In this document: piece by piece, positions 47,792 to 60,533 of the stretch
How positions within the stretch are numbered: the first letter of the stretch is position 1
How the letters are laid out: each line of letters starts with the position of its first letter
DNA from: Rebecca billardiae RCC1528
Taxonomy: Eukaryota > Protista > Haptophyta
Direction: 5' to 3'
Length of the DNA: 64,000 nt
Assembly (NCBI GenBank): GCA_965240325.2
Contig: OZ251232.1
Coordinates: 1,922,001-1,986,000 of the forward strand
Notes under the pieces: generated by a model
What the model saw: only the letters and a program-made list of their open reading frames with translations
Database searches by the model: none
What the model was told of the DNA's origin: nothing
Position numbers and translations under genes: made by a program

Positions 47792-49748
47792 TAGGTGGGT
47801 CCCTCCCAACTGGGGCGATATTCTGGCGCACTCAGAATGGCGTCCTAGATTTCGTCTCTCACCCAGAATCGACGCTATAAATGCGTCCCATCGGGGCGGA
47901 GCAAAAGTTTCGACCTCAAAACCTACTCCGCGTGCCAGTCGCGCGGCCGAGCGCGCGCGCGCCGCGCCACTAGTGTCACATAGAGATTTTGCGAAGCGTT
48001 ACTTGATGGTTATGGTGGCTAGATGGCGACATGCGATCGGAATGACTTATTGGCAACCGTTGACACCCGACCGAACCATTTTATGAAGCAAAGAGTGGGG
48101 CTCTATGCTGTGCGCGGATACCTCCAACAAACTACAGCAAGATCGAGCAGATTACCCACTTTGTATATATCCAATTACCCGTATATAGAACGACGTTTAC
48201 CCACTTTATATTGACCGTGGATGTGGCTCACTATATATTCAAATTCGTTCCGATATGTGGGTACGTTTGTTGGGTCATCGAATAGGCGCCGAGCGACGCG
48301 GACACAGGCAAACCGGGCCGCGGCAACCGGACTGCCTGCGAGTGGCAGTGTTTGTGGCGGGCTGCGTGCCGAGGCACGCATCATCGCCCGCCACCGAGCA
48401 TGCCACCGTCGTCACACGGGAGCCCTCCGCCGTCGAGGCTGGACTATCAGCCAACGCCACCGCCGGAGCTTGCCGCGCTCGGCGGCTTCCGTGCTCGTAC
48501 TCCGCGTGTCACCGGTCGTCGTATGCCCACCCGCGTGAGGCCGCCACCAGTCCACGACTACCGCAGCTGCAGCCCATGCCGTCGACGATACCTCCTACAA
48601 TCTTCTTGCCAGGCAGCAATACGATAGGTTCACCGACGCTGCTGCTAGGCTGAGAGCACTCAGCCAGTTGGCCGGCGAGACGTCAGATGGTTGAGCTGCT
48701 GGCCTAGCCATCACGTTGCGGCTTCCGCTCGCTCAAGTACACCCAACGTGACGACGAGAACGTGCCGGGCAATCATCAGACATGCGTCTGAGGGGTCTAC
48801 CACGCCTAGCCGTAGATTTGCTGAGTACGAGTCTTCGCAGATAACAAGCGGAACGAGTGGGACCACCCGATGGCAGGAGCAACAGCGTGGGGTGGCAACC
48901 GCGCCTGTCAACGCGACCGCGTTCTGTCAAGAATGGGCCCATATCCTGCGACCACGCTCGAGCACCGCAAATTATGCCCACACTCGGCATAGGGAAGGAT
49001 CGCTGAGCGCCTGCTGCCGCTGTCAAAGGCCCTGCTGATCTTCCTGGCGCTTGATCGTGCACACGGATGGCAAGTCAGCGTGCTCGATGCACATCGCGGC
49101 GGCTTCTCAGCATCCCAAGTCCTCAGTGCACCCATCCCAGGCCTGCTGGTCGATGATTGGTATCAACCCCCACCAAACACGCCCTCTCGGAAGTCGCCAA
49201 TCGCTCACATGGCTCCCCGAGAGCCCGGGGCTGGCTGTCGTGCGTTCTCACGAGCAGCTTGCGCGCAGCCCAATTGTCACCTTCACGGTGCGTAGAGCTG
49301 CTCAAGATGGCGGGAGCGTCAAGAGTATGCACATGCCTGATGGTGACCCATGCCTCCCGTCGCCTGACCCGCCTGTAGCGAAAAGTGACCCTGCTCGAAG
49401 GCACGGGTCGAACACCTGCCGATCGATTCAAGTTGTCTGTACGCGTCTAGCCGGGCGAGAGTCAAACATGCGGGCACGTGCCAGGCGGGGGATGTGTGAC
49501 CACGGATCCCATCCGTGAGCACGCGCAAAGCGCTGGAGCGCGCGATAGGTGTTGGCAGTAGTCTACCCGACACACGGCGGCTCGGTCGCGCTGGAGAGGC
49601 GCTCCGACATCGTCGGGAGCGTTCAGATCGGGACCTCGGCCGGCGGCCCGGCGATTTTCCCGAGCCGCGCCCCGCGCGAAAAGAAATCCGGCCAGAGAAC
49701 CCGGTAAATGTTTAAAAGAACGCTGGAAAATCGCCAGGGACCCACCTA
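47792..49748. mobile_element. 1957-bp non-autonomous DNA transposon, 13-bp TIR TAGGTGGGTCCCT, 7-bp TSD TTATCCC, inserted in the 3' LTR
   Basis: TTATCCC|TAGGTGGGTCCCT...AGGGACCCACCTA|TTATCCC. The 5' LTR provides the empty site (GGTTATCCCAAGA). Confidence 0.88.
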
Positions 49749-50349
49749 TTATCCCAAGACTACTCTTATACTGCACGCTGATATGATATATCGTGATATC
49801 TGATCGGCTTTCTTTGCCCGACGGCTATAGCACAGCGCACTGCTACTGGCCTAATTAACTAATTGACTTCATGGGCCTGGCGGACACGGGACAGTCACAG
49901 TCTGTAAGTCACAGTCGTCATCACAGCAGTGTCAGATTCAGACAGAGGCTTCATCACAGACACAGACAGACGCGCCGAGCCACTCGCCGAGCAGTCAGAG
50001 CGCGCGCGCGCGGATTGCAGTAGCAGTAATACGTGCGTGTAAGAGACACTGAGTGACGCTGCGTGATGCATCACGCCTCGTCCGTGAGTGAGGCCCAGCC
50101 TGGTGTCGGACTCTCGGAGTGTCCGAGTAGTGATAGTCAGACGGCTGTTATTGCTACTAACTACGACTACGTATAGCGTGACGACGCGATCGCGATGTGA
50201 ACATATCCAGCTGACTACGATATGTTTGCCGCCCCTGGCAGCCCCTTGCCGGCCGCATGCGCGCTGGCCCATAATTGAGCGCACCTGCCGTCCTCGGTCC
50301 TGCGTCGGGCTGCGTGTCATCAGCCTGCCGCGCCCTGCACGACGCGCGC

Positions 50350-52640
50350 CCGGCAACGCGGCGCGGCGGCGCGCTCCGACCTCGACGGCTCGCCTCGCCG
50401 CTGCCTCACAGCGGCGTGGCGGCGGAGCGGCTCGCGAGAAGCGTGCTCATGCTTGCCGCTCGCCACTGCTGCACGCCACCCGCGCGCTCGCCGCGGCGGC
50501 GCAGCGGCACGCTCGACCTGGACGTCTCACCTCGCCGCCTGTTGGTGGCGCGGCGGCGGAGCCGCGCACGCAAAGCGTGCTGGTGCTCGCCGCTCGCCGC
50601 TGCTGCACGCCGCGCTCGCTGCTAGCCGCAGCCACTGGCCCGCCCAGGCGTGGGCGCGAGCCTGCGCGGCCGCATGTCAGCCTGCAGCCCGCCGCCCGCG
50701 CGCCTGCTGCCACGGCGCGGCGGCGTGCTCCGACCTGAACGGCGCGCCTCGCCACCACCTGTCGGCGGCGCGGCGGCGGAGCCGCTCGCGCGAAGCGTGC
50801 TCGTACTCGCCGCTGCTGCTCGCCGCGCGCGCTGCCAACCGCCGCCGCTCGCCCACGCAGGCGCGGGCGCGAGCCCGCGCGGCGGTGTGTCAGCCTGCCG
50901 CGTGCAGCGGGTGTAGCGCGCCGCCGAGGCGCGGCGGCACGCTACGCAGCTGAACACCGCGCAGGCGGCCGCCATCAGCCCCTCGCCCGCGCAGGGACGA
51001 ACGCTCGCCCACGTGGCTGCGTGTCAGCCTGCTACGCCCCACCTGCCCAGCCGTCATCGCGGCGCGGCCGCGCGCTGAACCTCGGCGGCTCGCCTCGCCG
51101 CCGCCTCTCGGCGGTGAGCCGCCCGGTCTGTTGCTCGGTCTGAGCGTGCTCGTGCACCCCACTCGCCGCGGCGCGACGGCGTGCTCGGACTTCGACCGCT
51201 CGCCTCGCCACCGCCTCTCGGCGGCGTGGCGGCGGAGCCACTAGGTCGAAGCGTGCTAGTACTCGACGCACGCCGCTGCCACGCGCCACGCTCGCCGCCG
51301 GTCGCCACCGCTCGCTCGCGCAGGGCTGGCGTGCCCGTCAAGCGCGCTCGGCTAAGGCCGTCTCCGCCTCCATCCCCGTGCGTACACCTGCAGCACCGCC
51401 ACGCCCCGTGCGCACATCTGCCGTACCGCCGCGCGCTACCGCCACGCGCCGCGCGCCCGCCGCCTCCGCCGAGGCGGCGGCACGGCCCCGACCGCGCCCG
51501 GCTGCAGCGCGCACGCATGCGCGCATGCGCGCTCGAACGCGGCACGCGGCGTCAAGCTGACGCACGCGCTGGGCGGCCGCGGTGGTGCACGCCAGCGCGC
51601 GCTCTGCCGAGGCAGCCTCCATCCATCATGGTATTCATACGTGGCTCTGCAGCACCGCCGGCGCCGCCGCCACCCGCCGAGCGCCCGCCGCCTCAGCTGA
51701 AGCCGCGGCGCGCACATGCGGCCACATGGCCAGGCAAATGTTCGGCATGCGTGGCCATGGCCGCGACGGGTGACAGCGAGCTGAGCGCGCCGGCGGAGGC
51801 AGCTGGCGTGCGGCACGTGACGGCGGCAGCATGATCACGCATAGAACGGGAGAGGCTCCCTGGATCGACCGCCCGCTCGCATGCACCGCCGCCGCCGCCG
51901 AGCGCGCGTGTCAGCTCAATGCCGCGCGGCGCGGCCGAGCTTGCGCGCATGCGCAGCCGGGGCCAACGCGGCAGCGCGTGCGCGCCGCCGCCTCAGCGGA
52001 GGTGGCGGACACTTGGCGCGTGACGGCAGGGTGCGGTAACGCTGCAGATTGGCGCACGACGGTGATGGCGGTGGCTGCCCCGTCCGACCACCCGCTTGCG
52101 CTACCGCCACGTGCCAGCTCGATGCTGCGCGCCGCGGCCGAGCGCATGCGCGCGCGCCGCCGCCTCTGCGAAGGCGGCGGGCGCTTGGCGCGTGGTGCTG
52201 CTGCAGATGTGCACACGGATACGATGACGGAGGCTGCCACAGTCGACCGCCCGCTCGCGCGCACCGCCGCCGCCGCCGAGCACGCGTGTCAGCACGATGC
52301 TGCGCGGCGCATCACAGCGCGCGTGTGTGCGCAGCCGCGTGCGCGTCACCGCCTCGACGGAGGCGGCAGGCGCTCAGCGCGTGGCGGCGGCGAGCGACAG
52401 CGCTGCAGGTGTACGCACGGCAGAGATGGCGGAGGCTGCCTCGTCCGACCGCCCGCTCACGCGCCCGCCGCCTCCGCTGAGGCGGCAGCGAGCGCGCATG
52501 CGCGGCGCGCGCGAACGCGCGCGGCCGCGGCGCGCAGCATCGAGCTGGCACGCGGCGGTGCGCACGAGCGGTCGGTCGGACGAGGCATCCTCCACCGGAC
52601 GAGGCAGCCTTCGCCATCGCCGCCGCGCGTGATCTCGCCG
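50350..52640. repeat. Degenerate GC-rich tandem repeats (two families)
   Basis: CTCGCCTCGCCGC..GGCGGAGCC..GAAGCGTGCT motifs recur over 50350-51320 and GCCGCCTC(A/C/T)GC..AGGCGGCGG motifs over 51440-52500. Unit boundaries were not resolved. Confidence 0.5.
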
Positions 52641-52741
52641 CCGCTGCCAAGCGCTGCCAAGCACGGTAACTCGGTCGCGTTGGCCGCCGATGGCGAACAA
52701 AACGCCGACGAGAATCTCATCACATCTACAGCCTGCATATA

Positions 52742-53549
52742 GTACCCCTCAGGTTTAAGCGTTCGCTTCGCTGGCTACGTGATTGCACGCCCGCTCACGC
52801 CGTGACGAGCGCACCATGGCGGCTCTCTCGCTCGTGGCGCACGGTCGGGGAGCACCCGCGTCTGCGCAGACACACGGCTCGCCCGCACGTGTGCTGTGTC
52901 GCGCACGCGCGCGCTCGCGCGGCCGGCCATCGCGCACAGACCTGACTGGTCTCACATGCACCAGCATGGTCGTGCACGCACAGCGCCGCTCCGCGCACGC
53001 AATAAATTCGAGCGTGGTGCGCATGCACGTACACTCTGTGTCCCTGGTCCACACACAGCGTGTGAGCTCGTGCTTTGACCACGTGCAGGCGCACCACAGA
53101 CTTTCGCGCAGCTGCCGCGCCGGGCCGTGCCAGCGGCTCGACAGGCTCAGCTCGTGGGCAGCGCTCGCTCGATTGCATGCTCCTGCCGCGCAGGGTGCCC
53201 AGCTTGCTGCGCTCGGTGTGTACTGGCGCGCTCGGACGGCACCCCGCGTACGCCTCGGGCCACGCGTGGGAGCCTAGCTCCACGCACGGAGGACTCGCAG
53301 GCGCAGGCCGGCGGCTGCCTCACACGGCTTGGTCGGGAGGCCGCCGCGCGGCTACCGTCGAGCTCGCCGATCGGCTGCACCTACTTTCAGCGCACGCTAC
53401 CGCCGCCTCGCGCACGACACGGCAAGGTTGAACACGTGACTGTGGGCGGGCATCAGCCCCAAGTACGCAGCCATCAGCACCACGGCCTTCACCTTCAGCG
53501 CCGACGATAGAGCCGCCGCTTGATTTTATCGCTTAAACTTGAGGGCCAC
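52742..53549. mobile_element. 808-bp MITE, 20-bp imperfect TIR, TA TSD (Tc1/mariner-like); copy 1
   Basis: TA|GTACCCCTCAGGTTTAAGCG...CGCTTAAACTTGAGGGCCAC|TA; empty site CCACT-TA-AGTCGG at 63211-63223. Confidence 0.85.
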
Positions 53550-56233
53550 TAAGTCGGAGGCTGCTGAAAACCCGCGTGAGACGTGAGCATCATCGTAGGA
53601 GGTGTCGACGAAGATTCACTCTGACGCGCGCAGTCCGTTTCGACTCTGGCTGGCGCGCGCGCTATATGGCTAGGACGGATCGTGCCGGAGCGCTCGGAGT
53701 AGCCAGCTTCTCCCCGTTGCACGAGACTGTGCTGCTCCATTGGCAACATGACTGGGTTGTCATTCGTAAGCGTCAGTCAGGGACGTGACATGTGATGACC
53801 ATGGCCTAGGCCACTGAGGCCGCAAGATCAAATCAGCCACAGGAGTTGTGACCTCGAGCGCGAGCGCGCGCGCTCGGCACGCCCCCCGCGCGTGTACCGC
53901 ATGCCCGAGCCCGCCCTTTAGATGCGCACGGCGCGCGCGCCGACTCGGCGCTTCTCGCTGGCTCTAGCCGCAGCCGCACCTCTCCGTAGCCGTTGGTCGT
54001 GACACGCCCAGCTCAGCTTGGTCAGATTCGAGCTCGAGCTCTCGCGCGCGCGACAGTAGAGGCGGGCCGCCGGTGCCATGTGTACGCTCATCGGGGCCGT
54101 ACCTGGCGCTGCGCGCCGCGCCGGCGCGCGCGCGTGTGCGCACGCGCCGCAGCAGCCGTGTCGTTGCTTGAGCCGTGAGGCGCCGGCTGATCGGCAGGTC
54201 GGGAGGTCGTGAGATCTGAGCTGAGCCGAAACTCCGGCCGTGGCGGCGGCGCAGGATGAGCGCCGAGCGCGCGCGCGCGCCCTCGCGCTCGGCACGCCCC
54301 CCGCGCGTGTACCGCGTGCCCGAGCCCGCCCTTCAGATGCGCATGGCGCGCGCGCCGACTCGGCGCTTCTCGCTGGCTCTACCCGCAGCTCTCCGTAGCC
54401 GTTGGCCGTGACACACCCAGCTCAGCTTGGTCAGATTCGAGCTCGAGCTCTCGCGCGCACGACGGTAGAGGCGGGCCGCCGGTGCCATGTGTACGCTCGC
54501 CGGGGCCGTACCTGGCGCTGCGCGCCGCGCCGGCGCGCCAGCTTGCGCGCACGCGCCGCAGCAGCCGTGTTGTTGCCTGAGCCGTGAGGTGCCGGCTGAT
54601 CGGCAGGTCGGGAGGTCGTGAGATCTGAGCTGAGCCGAAACTCCGGCCGTGGCGGCGGCGCAGGATGAGCGCCGAGCGCGCGCCCCCCCGCGCGTGTACC
54701 GCGTGCCCGAGCCCGCCCTTCAGATGCGCACGGCGCGCGCGCCGACTCGGCGCTTCTCGCTGGCTCTAGCCGCAGCCGCAGCTCTCCGTAGCCGTTGGCC
54801 GTGACACACCCAGCTCAGCTTGGTCAGATTCGAGCTCGAGCTCTCGCGCGCGCGACAGCAGAGGCGGGCCGCCGGTGCCATGTGTACGCTCACTGGGGCC
54901 GTACCTGGCACTGCGCGCCGCGCCGGCGCGCCAGCTTGCGCGCACGCGCCGCAGCAGCCGTGTTGTTGCCTGAGCCGTGAGGTGCCGGCTGATCGGCAGG
55001 TCGGGAGGTCGTGAGATCTGAGCTGAGCCGAAACTCCGGCCGTGGCGGCGGCGCAGGAGGAGCGCCGAGCGCGCGCGCGCGCCCTCGCGCTCGGCACGCC
55101 CCCCGCGCGTGTACCGCGTGCCCGAGCCCGCCCTTCAGATGCGCACGGCGCGCGCGCCGACTCGGCGCTTCTCGCTGGCTCTAGCCGCAGCCGCAGCTCT
55201 CCGTAGCCGTTGGCCGTGACACACCCAGCTCAGCTTGGTCAGATTCGAGCTCGAGCTCTCGCGCGCGCGACAGCAGAGGCGGGCCGCCGGTGCCATGTGT
55301 ACGCTCACTGGGGCCGTACCTGGCACTGCGCGCCGCGCCGGCGCGCCAGCTTGCGCGCACGCGCCGCAGCAGCAGTGTTGTTGCCTGAGCCGTGAGGCGC
55401 CGGCTGATCGGCAGGTCGTGAGGTCGTGTGAGCTGAGCTGAGCCAAAACTCTGGCCATGGTGGTGGCGCGCGGGCAGCTGTGACCTCAAGTGCGGGCGTG
55501 CACGCGCGTCGCACAGCCCTGCATCGACGTTACCGGCATCTGGCTCGGTGAAGTCCGTCCCAAACATATGAGCCCCAGCACCATCTCAATGGCTTGGCCG
55601 AGCCCGTCGTTCACGGAGAGGTCGTGGCGATCATAGGTCGCTGCCATCGCAGTCTTCGATACGCGCTGACCCTTCCTGTATGCCACGGCTAAGCTCAAGT
55701 TGGCCATGATCGTCGGCGCCGCTGCTCGCTGTGCGCATGGTCGCACCGTGGGGCTCTCGGCCGCCGGCGGCGGTCGCCCTGCAGCCATGCACAAGCTGCT
55801 TGCCGATTGGTCGGTTACAAGAATCTACTTTTGAATCGCAGCCATCATCCGTCCAAGAGCTCCGGCGACGGCCGCGTGCGGCGCGGTGGCGGCCGCCTGG
55901 GCGACACAGCGCGCGCAGCACCCGGCGTTAGAGCGCAATCGACGCATACAACCTCGAAGAGGCAGCGCTAGTGGGTCGTACTATCGTGGTTTGCAGCCCT
56001 TCTCTCCATGCTCTGCGCATTGCCACCGCCGCGCGCCGCAACGCTTAAGCATCAGCGAGCTCTCGCAAATCACTACGCGCATGGTCTCCTCCTCGCCCAC
56101 CAGGGCCGAATGATCGGAGGTCGCGCTGTGGTGGAATACCAACCTAAATATTGTCGTGCGCGTGGTGCAGCTCGGGCGCCTCAGCGCACCCCTGGCACCA
56201 GCGCACCATTTACCTCTCTTTTATTACCACTTA

Positions 56234-57041
56234 GTACCCCTCAGGTTTAAGCGTTCGCTTCGCTGGCTACGTGATTGCACGCCCGCTCACGCCGTGACGA
56301 GCGCACCATGGCGGCTCTCTCGCTCGTGGCGCACGGTCGGGGAGCACCCGCGTCTGCGCAGACACACGGCTCGCCCGCACGTGTGCTGTGTCGCGCACGC
56401 GCGCGCTCGCGCGGCCGGCCATCGCGCACAGACCTGACTGGTCTCACATGCACCAGCATGGTCGTGCACGCACAGCGCCGCTCCGCGCACGCAATAAATT
56501 CGAGCGTGGTGCGCATGCACGTACACTCTGTGTCCCTGGTCCACACACAGCGTGTGAGCTCGTGCTTTGACCACGTGCAGGCGCACCACAGACTTTCGCG
56601 CAGCTGCCGCGCCGGGCCGTGCCAGCGGCTCGACAGGCTCAGCTCGTGGGCAGCGCTCGCTCGATTGCATGCTCCTGCCGCGCAGGGTGCCCAGCTTGCT
56701 GCGCTCGGTGTGTACTGGCGCGCTCGGACGGCACCCCGCGTACGCCTCGGGCCACGCGTGGGAGCCTAGCTCCACGCACGGAGGACTCGCAGGCGCAGGC
56801 CGGCGGCTGCCTCACACGGCTTGGTCGGGAGGCCGCCGCGCGGCTACCGTCGAGCTCGCCGATCGGCTGCACCTACTTTCAGCGCACGCTACCGCCGCCT
56901 CGCGCACGACACGGCAAGGTTGAACACGTGACTGTGGGCGGGCATCAGCCCCAAGTACGCAGCCATCAGCACCACGGCCTTCACCTTCAGCGCCGACGAT
57001 AGAGCCGCCGCTTGATTTTATCGCTTAAACTTGAGGGCCAC
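56234..57041. mobile_element. 808-bp TA-TSD MITE; copy 2
   Basis: Matches 52742-53549 at +3492; flanks CCACT-TA and TA-AGTCGG match the empty site. Confidence 0.85.
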
Positions 57042-59725
57042 TAAGTCGGAGGCTGCTGAAAACCCGCGTGAGACGTGAGCATCATCGTAGGAGGTGTCGA
57101 CGAAGATTCACTCTGACGCGCGCAGTCCGTTTCGACTCTGGCTGGCGCGCGCGCTATATGGCTAGGACGGATCGTGCCGGAGCGCTCGGAGTAGCCAGCT
57201 TCTCCCCGTTGCACGAGACTGTGCTGCTCCATTGGCAACATGACTGGGTTGTCATTCGTAAGCGTCAGTCAGGGACGTGACATGTGATGACCATGGCCTA
57301 GGCCACTGAGGCCGCAAGATCAAATCAGCCACAGGAGTTGTGACCTCGAGCGCGAGCGCGCGCGCTCGGCACGCCCCCCGCGCGTGTACCGCATGCCCGA
57401 GCCCGCCCTTTAGATGCGCACGGCGCGCGCGCCGACTCGGCGCTTCTCGCTGGCTCTAGCCGCAGCCGCACCTCTCCGTAGCCGTTGGTCGTGACACGCC
57501 CAGCTCAGCTTGGTCAGATTCGAGCTCGAGCTCTCGCGCGCGCGACAGTAGAGGCGGGCCGCCGGTGCCATGTGTACGCTCATCGGGGCCGTACCTGGCG
57601 CTGCGCGCCGCGCCGGCGCGCGCGCGTGTGCGCACGCGCCGCAGCAGCCGTGTCGTTGCTTGAGCCGTGAGGCGCCGGCTGATCGGCAGGTCGGGAGGTC
57701 GTGAGATCTGAGCTGAGCCGAAACTCCGGCCGTGGCGGCGGCGCAGGATGAGCGCCGAGCGCGCGCGCGCGCCCTCGCGCTCGGCACGCCCCCCGCGCGT
57801 GTACCGCGTGCCCGAGCCCGCCCTTCAGATGCGCATGGCGCGCGCGCCGACTCGGCGCTTCTCGCTGGCTCTACCCGCAGCTCTCCGTAGCCGTTGGCCG
57901 TGACACACCCAGCTCAGCTTGGTCAGATTCGAGCTCGAGCTCTCGCGCGCACGACGGTAGAGGCGGGCCGCCGGTGCCATGTGTACGCTCGCCGGGGCCG
58001 TACCTGGCGCTGCGCGCCGCGCCGGCGCGCCAGCTTGCGCGCACGCGCCGCAGCAGCCGTGTTGTTGCCTGAGCCGTGAGGTGCCGGCTGATCGGCAGGT
58101 CGGGAGGTCGTGAGATCTGAGCTGAGCCGAAACTCCGGCCGTGGCGGCGGCGCAGGATGAGCGCCGAGCGCGCGCCCCCCCGCGCGTGTACCGCGTGCCC
58201 GAGCCCGCCCTTCAGATGCGCACGGCGCGCGCGCCGACTCGGCGCTTCTCGCTGGCTCTAGCCGCAGCCGCAGCTCTCCGTAGCCGTTGGCCGTGACACA
58301 CCCAGCTCAGCTTGGTCAGATTCGAGCTCGAGCTCTCGCGCGCGCGACAGCAGAGGCGGGCCGCCGGTGCCATGTGTACGCTCACTGGGGCCGTACCTGG
58401 CACTGCGCGCCGCGCCGGCGCGCCAGCTTGCGCGCACGCGCCGCAGCAGCCGTGTTGTTGCCTGAGCCGTGAGGTGCCGGCTGATCGGCAGGTCGGGAGG
58501 TCGTGAGATCTGAGCTGAGCCGAAACTCCGGCCGTGGCGGCGGCGCAGGAGGAGCGCCGAGCGCGCGCGCGCGCCCTCGCGCTCGGCACGCCCCCCGCGC
58601 GTGTACCGCGTGCCCGAGCCCGCCCTTCAGATGCGCACGGCGCGCGCGCCGACTCGGCGCTTCTCGCTGGCTCTAGCCGCAGCCGCAGCTCTCCGTAGCC
58701 GTTGGCCGTGACACACCCAGCTCAGCTTGGTCAGATTCGAGCTCGAGCTCTCGCGCGCGCGACAGCAGAGGCGGGCCGCCGGTGCCATGTGTACGCTCAC
58801 TGGGGCCGTACCTGGCACTGCGCGCCGCGCCGGCGCGCCAGCTTGCGCGCACGCGCCGCAGCAGCAGTGTTGTTGCCTGAGCCGTGAGGCGCCGGCTGAT
58901 CGGCAGGTCGTGAGGTCGTGTGAGCTGAGCTGAGCCAAAACTCTGGCCATGGTGGTGGCGCGCGGGCAGCTGTGACCTCAAGTGCGGGCGTGCACGCGCG
59001 TCGCACAGCCCTGCATCGACGTTACCGGCATCTGGCTCGGTGAAGTCCGTCCCAAACATATGAGCCCCAGCACCATCTCAATGGCTTGGCCGAGCCCGTC
59101 GTTCACGGAGAGGTCGTGGCGATCATAGGTCGCTGCCATCGCAGTCTTCGATACGCGCTGACCCTTCCTGTATGCCACGGCTAAGCTCAAGTTGGCCATG
59201 ATCGTCGGCGCCGCTGCTCGCTGTGCGCATGGTCGCACCGTGGGGCTCTCGGCCGCCGGCGGCGGTCGCCCTGCAGCCATGCACAAGCTGCTTGCCGATT
59301 GGTCGGTTACAAGAATCTACTTTTGAATCGCAGCCATCATCCGTCCAAGAGCTCCGGCGACGGCCGCGTGCGGCGCGGTGGCGGCCGCCTGGGCGACACA
59401 GCGCGCGCAGCACCCGGCGTTAGAGCGCAATCGACGCATACAACCTCGAAGAGGCAGCGCTAGTGGGTCGTACTATCGTGGTTTGCAGCCCTTCTCTCCA
59501 TGCTCTGCGCATTGCCACCGCCGCGCGCCGCAACGCTTAAGCATCAGCGAGCTCTCGCAAATCACTACGCGCATGGTCTCCTCCTCGCCCACCAGGGCCG
59601 AATGATCGGAGGTCGCGCTGTGGTGGAATACCAACCTAAATATTGTCGTGCGCGTGGTGCAGCTCGGGCGCCTCAGCGCACCCCTGGCACCAGCGCACCA
59701 TTTACCTCTCTTTTATTACCACTTA

Positions 59726-60533
59726 GTACCCCTCAGGTTTAAGCGTTCGCTTCGCTGGCTACGTGATTGCACGCCCGCTCACGCCGTGACGAGCGCACCA
59801 TGGCGGCTCTCTCGCTCGTGGCGCACGGTCGGGGAGCACCCGCGTCTGCGCAGACACACGGCTCGCCCGCACGTGTGCTGTGTCGCGCACGCGCGCGCTC
59901 GCGCGGCCGGCCATCGCGCACAGACCTGACTGGTCTCACATGCACCAGCATGGTCGTGCACGCACAGCGCCGCTCCGCGCACGCAATAAATTCGAGCGTG
60001 GTGCGCATGCACGTACACTCTGTGTCCCTGGTCCACACACAGCGTGTGAGCTCGTGCTTTGACCACGTGCAGGCGCACCACAGACTTTCGCGCAGCTGCC
60101 GCGCCGGGCCGTGCCAGCGGCTCGACAGGCTCAGCTCGTGGGCAGCGCTCGCTCGATTGCATGCTCCTGCCGCGCAGGGTGCCCAGCTTGCTGCGCTCGG
60201 TGTGTACTGGCGCGCTCGGACGGCACCCCGCGTACGCCTCGGGCCACGCGTGGGAGCCTAGCTCCACGCACGGAGGACTCGCAGGCGCAGGCCGGCGGCT
60301 GCCTCACACGGCTTGGTCGGGAGGCCGCCGCGCGGCTACCGTCGAGCTCGCCGATCGGCTGCACCTACTTTCAGCGCACGCTACCGCCGCCTCGCGCACG
60401 ACACGGCAAGGTTGAACACGTGACTGTGGGCGGGCATCAGCCCCAAGTACGCAGCCATCAGCACCACGGCCTTCACCTTCAGCGCCGACGATAGAGCCGC
60501 CGCTTGATTTTATCGCTTAAACTTGAGGGCCAC
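59726..60533. mobile_element. 808-bp TA-TSD MITE; copy 3
   Basis: Matches 52742-53549 at +6984. Confidence 0.85.

Larger units (their letters stand above)
43822..49759 (+). mobile_element. Internally deleted Ty1/copia LTR retrotransposon, 856-bp LTRs, 5-bp TSD CTACT
   Basis: 5' LTR 43822-44677; 3' LTR 46940-47791 plus 49756-49759, split by an insertion; polypurine tract GAGGGGGGG at 46931-46939; CTACT at 43817-43821 and 49760-49764; pol remnants inside. Confidence 0.92.

Noticed and set aside
55486-55794. Short protein-like ORF repeated in each 3492-bp unit
   Set aside because: No identifiable domain; recurrence reflects the tandem array only.
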